A DNA stretch of 64,000 nucleotides from Myxococcota bacterium (GTDB lineage Bacteria > Myxococcota_A > UBA796 > GCA-2862545), in NCBI GenBank assembly GCA_039208735.1, contig JBCCQY010000042.1, forward strand, positions 1-64,000, written 5' to 3'. Positions 59,264 through 64,000 of this stretch are shown piece after piece (position 1 is the stretch's first letter; each line of letters opens with the position of its first letter). The notes under the pieces are model-generated. The model saw nothing but the letters and a program-made list of their open reading frames with translations, did not search any database and had not been told where the DNA came from. The position numbers and the translations under genes are program-made.

Positions 59264-60613
59264 CTACCTCGTCACACACGACAGCGATCCGTCCGTCAGC
59301 GGTCGGTCCGCCGTCCACTCGAGTTGGGTCGGTTCCAAGGTGAACGTGGGCATTGCCTCGATGATTGCGGGGTCCAGGTCGGCCTTCTCGACGAGTTCCG
59401 CCAAGAAATCGAGGGGCATCGGCCGAATGTGGACGGCCATGGTTACGCGGTCCGCGGTCACCGGAATGGGAAACTGCCGCGATTGGACCGTCTCGATGTA
59501 GGCCGGATCGGTGGGATCGAGGGTCGTATGCGGAAGCAGCAACCCCGATTCGTCGATCGATGCGGCCTCCCAAAACTCATGGGTGAACGCACCGTTTACG
59601 TCCGCCATGGCGCTGTGAAGGTCCCAACGGACGGGGTCTTCAACCTTTTCCACGGGTTCATCGGGATCGATCCGACCGGTGGACCAGGCAACCTCTCCGT
59701 CCGCATACGCGGTGATCTCGACCCACACTCGCCGTTCCGAGGTCGCGCCGCTGGGAAAGGCATGCCCGGCAGCCACATTGTCGAGCTGAACGACGGCTAA
59801 CGTGGATGAGCCTGGGCCTTCCGGTGGCTGCACGCACAACGAAGCCACCAGCGTGTCGTCGAGGAACTCCTGAACCGCCGCGCGTTGGTCCTCGCGCTCG
59901 GGAAAGGGCGTGACCGCGATGTCGACCCCAGGCATCCGATGATCGTGAATGCGACGGACCGGGGCCCCATCGACTTGCGCCACCCGACCATCCCGACCCG
60001 GCATGTGGCACCGGGCACATCCTAGGCCGAACTCGGGATTCACATAGACCGAACTCTGCCATTCGGCATAGGTCCGCTCGATGTGTGCGCCCAACGGGGT
60101 CACGATGTCGTGACACGACCCGCAGGCGTCGGTGTGGTCCCGCGTCGCTCCATCCGCAAACGAACTGTAGCGGCTCTGATGCGCGGTGCTCTGCTGCGGG
60201 TCCTCGATGGGACCGCCCATCGTGGCGCGAAAATCAAACACCAACGGATTGTTGTGCAGGCCCTCGACCGCCTCGATCTGATGGCAGGTCACGCAGTTGA
60301 CGCCCAACAGGTGATCGTCGATGTCGTCGAGATCGAGACCATCGGTCGTCAACCCGAGCTTGACGGCCAACGGGGCATGGCAATTGACGCAGAAGTCGCC
60401 GAGTTCACCATTGGTTTCAGCTTGACCCAGCGCATTCATGGCCCGAAAGACGGGGTCCTCGGACGCGTAGGCGTGCATGGATCCGGACCACTCGCGAACG
60501 TGGTCGGGATGGCACTCTCGGCAGGTCTCCGGGTCCCGAAGATCTTCGATGACCTGCGACGACGGACCGCAGCCCGCCCATCCGAAAAGGACGAGGATCA
60601 GCCTTCGGCGCAC
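59264..60613 (-). CDS. Multiheme c-type cytochrome lipoprotein (c554-like N-terminus)
   Basis: Five CxxCH motifs (CRECH, CVNCH, CVTCH, CGSCH, CARCH); W..SMHA; GH.FPSG; lipobox WAGC. Confidence 0.9.
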   Translation of the reverse strand: MRRRLILVLFGWAGCGPSSQVIEDLRDPETCRECHPDHVREWSGSMHAYASEDPVFRAMNALGQAETNGELGDFCVNCHAPLAVKLGLTTDGLDLDDIDDHLLGVNCVTCHQIEAVEGLHNNPLVFDFRATMGGPIEDPQQSTAHQSRYSSFADGATRDHTDACGSCHDIVTPLGAHIERTYAEWQSSVYVNPEFGLGCARCHMPGRDGRVAQVDGAPVRRIHDHRMPGVDIAVTPFPEREDQRAAVQEFLDDTLVASLCVQPPEGPGSSTLAVVQLDNVAAGHAFPSGATSERRVWVEITAYADGEVAWSTGRIDPDEPVEKVEDPVRWDLHSAMADVNGAFTHEFWEAASIDESGLLLPHTTLDPTDPAYIETVQSRQFPIPVTADRVTMAVHIRPMPLDFLAELVEKADLDPAIIEAMPTFTLEPTQLEWTADRPLTDGSLSCVTR

Positions 60614-61044
60614 AGCGCAAACGTCGCTTCATCGCCCTGATCGTTCAGCTCGACGTGGAACTCCCACAGGCCGGGCATGATGACATCGAAGATCTCGACC
60701 TGGTAAACGCCATCCGCAACCTCTTCGCCAGGGTAATGCGTCGGCGACACGCCATGCCCGTGCAGTGGCATCCAAGGGCGCACCAATGGCGTCAGTCCCG
60801 TCAGCGGCGCACCGCCCGCATCGGTCACCGACAGCGTCCAGGCGTTGTCACCCACGTCGAGGGGGGCGGGTGCTGCGTCCTCTAGGGCCACCGTGACGCC
60901 AGCCGGCGACGTGACGGTCATGCCAAGCTGAAAAGCCTGCGCGCCGGTGCAATCTACAGTCCACTGCTCCGCGGCCGGAGCAGGCTCTTCATCACAAGCA
61001 ACCAGACCGAGGAAGAGGACGGACGACAGAACGGCAGCACGCAT
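60598..61044 (-). CDS. FixH/YtkA-like lipoprotein
   Basis: Lipobox LVAC; G.N.W.L.V.D..G.P, PWMPLHGHG, G.Y......MPGLWE motifs. Confidence 0.75.
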   Translation of the reverse strand: MRAAVLSSVLFLGLVACDEEPAPAAEQWTVDCTGAQAFQLGMTVTSPAGVTVALEDAAPAPLDVGDNAWTLSVTDAGGAPLTGLTPLVRPWMPLHGHGVSPTHYPGEEVADGVYQVEIFDVIMPGLWEFHVELNDQGDEATFALCAEG

Positions 61045-61093
61045 GCGAAACCTCCGGATTCCTCACGGTCGTACCGTCTGGCTCGACCGACCG

Positions 61094-62305
61094 TCAACCG
61101 CCAATGGATGCGGGTACCGCCCCCTCCAGAAGTCCTCCACAGAGATCTTCGACTTTCTCTCGCCAATCGTCCAGCGAGTCCGCGAGGCCCCAAGGAGCGA
61201 GATTGGCCCGTGAGATTCGCCGCTCGGCCCGACCGGTTGTTTGGCGGAGCGCCATCTCCTCGACGAGGCGTGAAGCTACGCAAACAGACAGTGCCAGTGG
61301 GGCTCCTCGACCCGACGCACGCTCGGGATGGTCGCACCACCGCACGGCTTCAACGACCTCATGGGGCAATCCCCAGTTTGCAAGAAGCCATGCTCCGAAT
61401 GAATGCCCATCCACCCCAAAGACGCGAGCCTCGGCGCGATGCGTCAATTCACCGCGCTGCACCCGGCGCGCAACCTCAGCGTAGAGTTCGGGGGCCCGGG
61501 CCGCGAAGAGCAAGCGCCCGGTGCTTTCGAGGAGGCCTGCGGTAAATGCAGCATCCAAGGCTGCACGTGGGGCCACCGCCCGTGCGGCGACCGCGACCGA
61601 TCGACTCAGCACCTGGTGGTCGATCGGCGAGACGGCAGGCGGAAGGTGGACGGGGCCGATCGCTTCGACCACTTCCACACTCAAAACGAGGTCGCGGACG
61701 ATCCCCAGCCCCAGCAGCTGCAGGGCCTGAAACAGGGAGCGCACAGAACGAGTGCGATTGAAGATGCCGGAGTTGACCAGCTGCATGACCTTGGCTGCAA
61801 CGGCCACGTCCTGTTCCACCAGCTCCGCTGCGTCCTGCATCGTCGCGGTGTCGGAGTCGAGAAGTTCGCATAGGGCGACCCAGGTTCGGGGCTGCGCGGG
61901 TAGGCTGCCCAAGCTGGCTGCGATATCGGCTAGCGCACGATCCTGAACGAGTTCCCGCACCCTTAAAGCTCGATCGATCGCCGCGCCGAGCTTGAAGCGA
62001 ATCACCGGCTTCACGACTACCTGATGGGCGGGTTCGCCGCGCGCCACCACCCGGGCCGCAACACGCGGTTCACATACCAAGATGCGCGAAGCGCTGGCTT
62101 CGGCAGCCCGAATCGCGCGCAGGGCTTCGACCCCCACGCCTTCGGGGTCGTCCACGGCCACCACGACCCACGCACCGGCCGCCACTTCGATGGCATCAGG
62201 AAGGTTCAACGTGGCCACTCGCCATCGACGTTCCCGGGCCACGGCGTCGACGAGCGATCCGTACTGCCCACTCGAATCGACGACGAGGATGCGCGGTCTG
62301 CCCAT
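61094..62305 (-). CDS. HDOD-domain protein with N-terminal (degenerate) receiver domain
   Basis: RILVVD...KP receiver remnants; LPAQP, VEQD.AVAAKV.QLVNS..F, AFTAGLL...G, E....G..H...GA.LL..WGLP. Confidence 0.85.
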   Translation of the reverse strand: MGRPRILVVDSSGQYGSLVDAVARERRWRVATLNLPDAIEVAAGAWVVVAVDDPEGVGVEALRAIRAAEASASRILVCEPRVAARVVARGEPAHQVVVKPVIRFKLGAAIDRALRVRELVQDRALADIAASLGSLPAQPRTWVALCELLDSDTATMQDAAELVEQDVAVAAKVMQLVNSGIFNRTRSVRSLFQALQLLGLGIVRDLVLSVEVVEAIGPVHLPPAVSPIDHQVLSRSVAVAARAVAPRAALDAAFTAGLLESTGRLLFAARAPELYAEVARRVQRGELTHRAEARVFGVDGHSFGAWLLANWGLPHEVVEAVRWCDHPERASGRGAPLALSVCVASRLVEEMALRQTTGRAERRISRANLAPWGLADSLDDWREKVEDLCGGLLEGAVPASIGG

Positions 62306-62371
62306 GGCACCTTCCCATTGTCCCATCGGCGCAATGCAGCCTCACTCAAGCCCAGAGACTATGAGGCCCGG

Positions 62372-64000
62372 ATGTGGATTGCCCTGATCGTTGCGTGCGT
62401 CTCAGATCCTCCTTCGACCGATCGTGAGTCCCCGGTGAGCGTGGTCATGCCAACCCCGCAACGACCGGTCGAGCCGCTCTCGGACGGAGAAGGCGTCCGC
62501 ATCGTGGTCTCGTTCGCAGAACGAGCGATGCAACGCCTCACCGTCTCGACCACCCGCACCTGCCCCGACGGGGGAACCGCAGAGTGGTGGATGGCGAACT
62601 GGACGCCCGGTTCCTACCTCATCCGCGATCACGCCCGAAAGATCGAGACCATGACGGCCTCATCAGGCCCCGTCCACCAAATCGCCAAGAACCGGTGGAC
62701 CGTCCCCTGCAACCCGGGGCAGCCGACCGAGGTCGTGACTACGATGGTGGCGTCCGACAAGAACGTCCGCGGGAACTTCATCGGCAACGGATGGGCGACC
62801 GTGAATCCGCCAGCCGCGTTCCTGCTGCCGGAGCCTCCCGAAGGCCCCTTCGACGTGCGATTGGAAACGGTACCGGACCTGCCCGACGTTGCAGTCCCAT
62901 TGCCAGAACTACCCGGCCAACCCGGCACATATCGCGCCGAGGACCTCGACACCCTCATCGACTCGCCGATGGTCGTGGGCGACCTCACGACCGAGACCTT
63001 CACGATTGGGGGAGCCCCGCATCATTTCGTGACCTTCGGGGATGAGGACACCTTCGATCGCTCGGTGCTGTCGTCGGTCGTCACGTTGGTCGAGACGCAG
63101 CAGGCCTTTTGGGGCGACGTGCCCTACCCCGCCTATTGGTTCTTCCAGGCCTTTTTGCCCACCTACGGAGGTCTCGAACACGCCCAGTCGACCCTGATGA
63201 TGTCGACCCCCTCAAGCACCGAGAACCGAAAGAACACGATTCGCTGGCTGGGCCTGGTCTCCCACGAGTTCTTCCACACGTGGAACGTGCAGCGAATGCG
63301 GCCTCGAAACTTGGTGGCGCAGGACTATGAAACGGAGGCGCACACCGAACTGTTGTGGGTGGCGGAGGGTTGGACCTCCTACTACGACGACCTGCTGCTC
63401 GCGCGGGCCGACATCATCGACGAAGCCGAATACCTCGAGCTGCTCGGCCAACAGATCGATCGGGTCCAGTCGCGCCCCGGTCGACTCATCCAGAGCCTTG
63501 CCGCCTCGAGCTTCAATGCGTGGACCAAGTACTACAAACCCACCCCCCATCAGCTCAACAGCACGATTGGCTACTACGAGAAAGGAGCGGTCGTCGGTTG
63601 GCTGCTCGATGCCGAGATTCGCCGTGCGACTCAAAGTCGGGCCTCCCTCGATGATGTCCTTCACCGGCTACGCGAAAGATCTGAACAAGCCCGAGACATG
63701 CCCCTGTCCGACCGGCTCGCTTCGATGGGCGCCCGCCGCGCAATTCGCGGCTTTACGCCCGATGACGTGCGGGAGGTGGCCGCGGCGGTGGCGGGCCGTG
63801 ACCTCACGAGCTTCTTCCGCCGTAGCGTCGACGCCGCCGAAGAGCTTGACTACGGCAGCGCCTTGCAGTGGTTCGGGCTCAAGCTGACGCGCGATGACGC
63901 CAAACTCCGGCTCGGGGTGCGCACCACGAACGAGACCAGCCGCCTGACCGTCCGAGGCGTCTTTCGCGATGGGCCAGCGTGGAAGGCAGGGATCAACGTC
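62372..64000 (+). CDS. M61 family (glycyl aminopeptidase) metallopeptidase, 3'-truncated; not in the ORF track
   Basis: Manual translation from ATG 62372: WTPGSYLIRD, LIDSP, GGLEH, SHEFFHTWN (HExxH), LWVAEGWTSYY, YYEKGA, start of a PDZ-like region (GPAWKAGI); no stop before window end. Confidence 0.9.
   Translation, partial: MWIALIVACVSDPPSTDRESPVSVVMPTPQRPVEPLSDGEGVRIVVSFAERAMQRLTVSTTRTCPDGGTAEWWMANWTPGSYLIRDHARKIETMTASSGPVHQIAKNRWTVPCNPGQPTEVVTTMVASDKNVRGNFIGNGWATVNPPAAFLLPEPPEGPFDVRLETVPDLPDVAVPLPELPGQPGTYRAEDLDTLIDSPMVVGDLTTETFTIGGAPHHFVTFGDEDTFDRSVLSSVVTLVETQQAFWGDVPYPAYWFFQAFLPTYGGLEHAQSTLMMSTPSSTENRKNTIRWLGLVSHEFFHTWNVQRMRPRNLVAQDYETEAHTELLWVAEGWTSYYDDLLLARADIIDEAEYLELLGQQIDRVQSRPGRLIQSLAASSFNAWTKYYKPTPHQLNSTIGYYEKGAVVGWLLDAEIRRATQSRASLDDVLHRLRERSEQARDMPLSDRLASMGARRAIRGFTPDDVREVAAAVAGRDLTSFFRRSVDAAEELDYGSALQWFGLKLTRDDAKLRLGVRTTNETSRLTVRGVFRDGPAWKAGINV

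Overview
High-GC bacterial chromosomal segment whose gene content (many Ser/Thr kinases, Asp/Cys-rich lipoproteins, multiheme cytochrome, Mx162-like RT) suggests a Myxococcota-like organism; that placement is inference only. About 40 tightly packed CDSs. The main result is a complete retron-type locus on the minus strand (~32771 to 20364). A structured msr/msd-like ncRNA (imperfect outer inverted repeats with G-U wobbles, a small msr hairpin, a perfect 24-bp msd stem) lies upstream of a 4-gene operon: a 939-aa helical-repeat protein, a 2063-aa WD40+HEAT protein, a 601-aa SWIM/WGR-like protein and a retron RT (NAxxH, YADD, VTG). The ncRNA is ~10.8 kb from its RT rather than adjacent to it. A second notable locus is an Actinobacteria-style FHA-FHA-PP2C-(RodA/PBP fusion)-degenerate kinase operon (38451-46286). 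The rest comprises an ABC exporter, M23 peptidase, VWA protein, two Ig-like lipoprotein paralogues, aspS, two kinases, a 2OG-Fe oxygenase, a DUF3604/PPIase/HupE trio, a 1.8-kaa repeat lipoprotein, OmpA/MotB-like protein, lipase, desaturase, UPF0182, sppA, a 76-bp tandem repeat, pentaheme cytochrome, HDOD protein and a truncated M61 peptidase. No rRNA, tRNA, CRISPR array, integrase or transposase was recognised. All family calls are from motif reading, not database searches.
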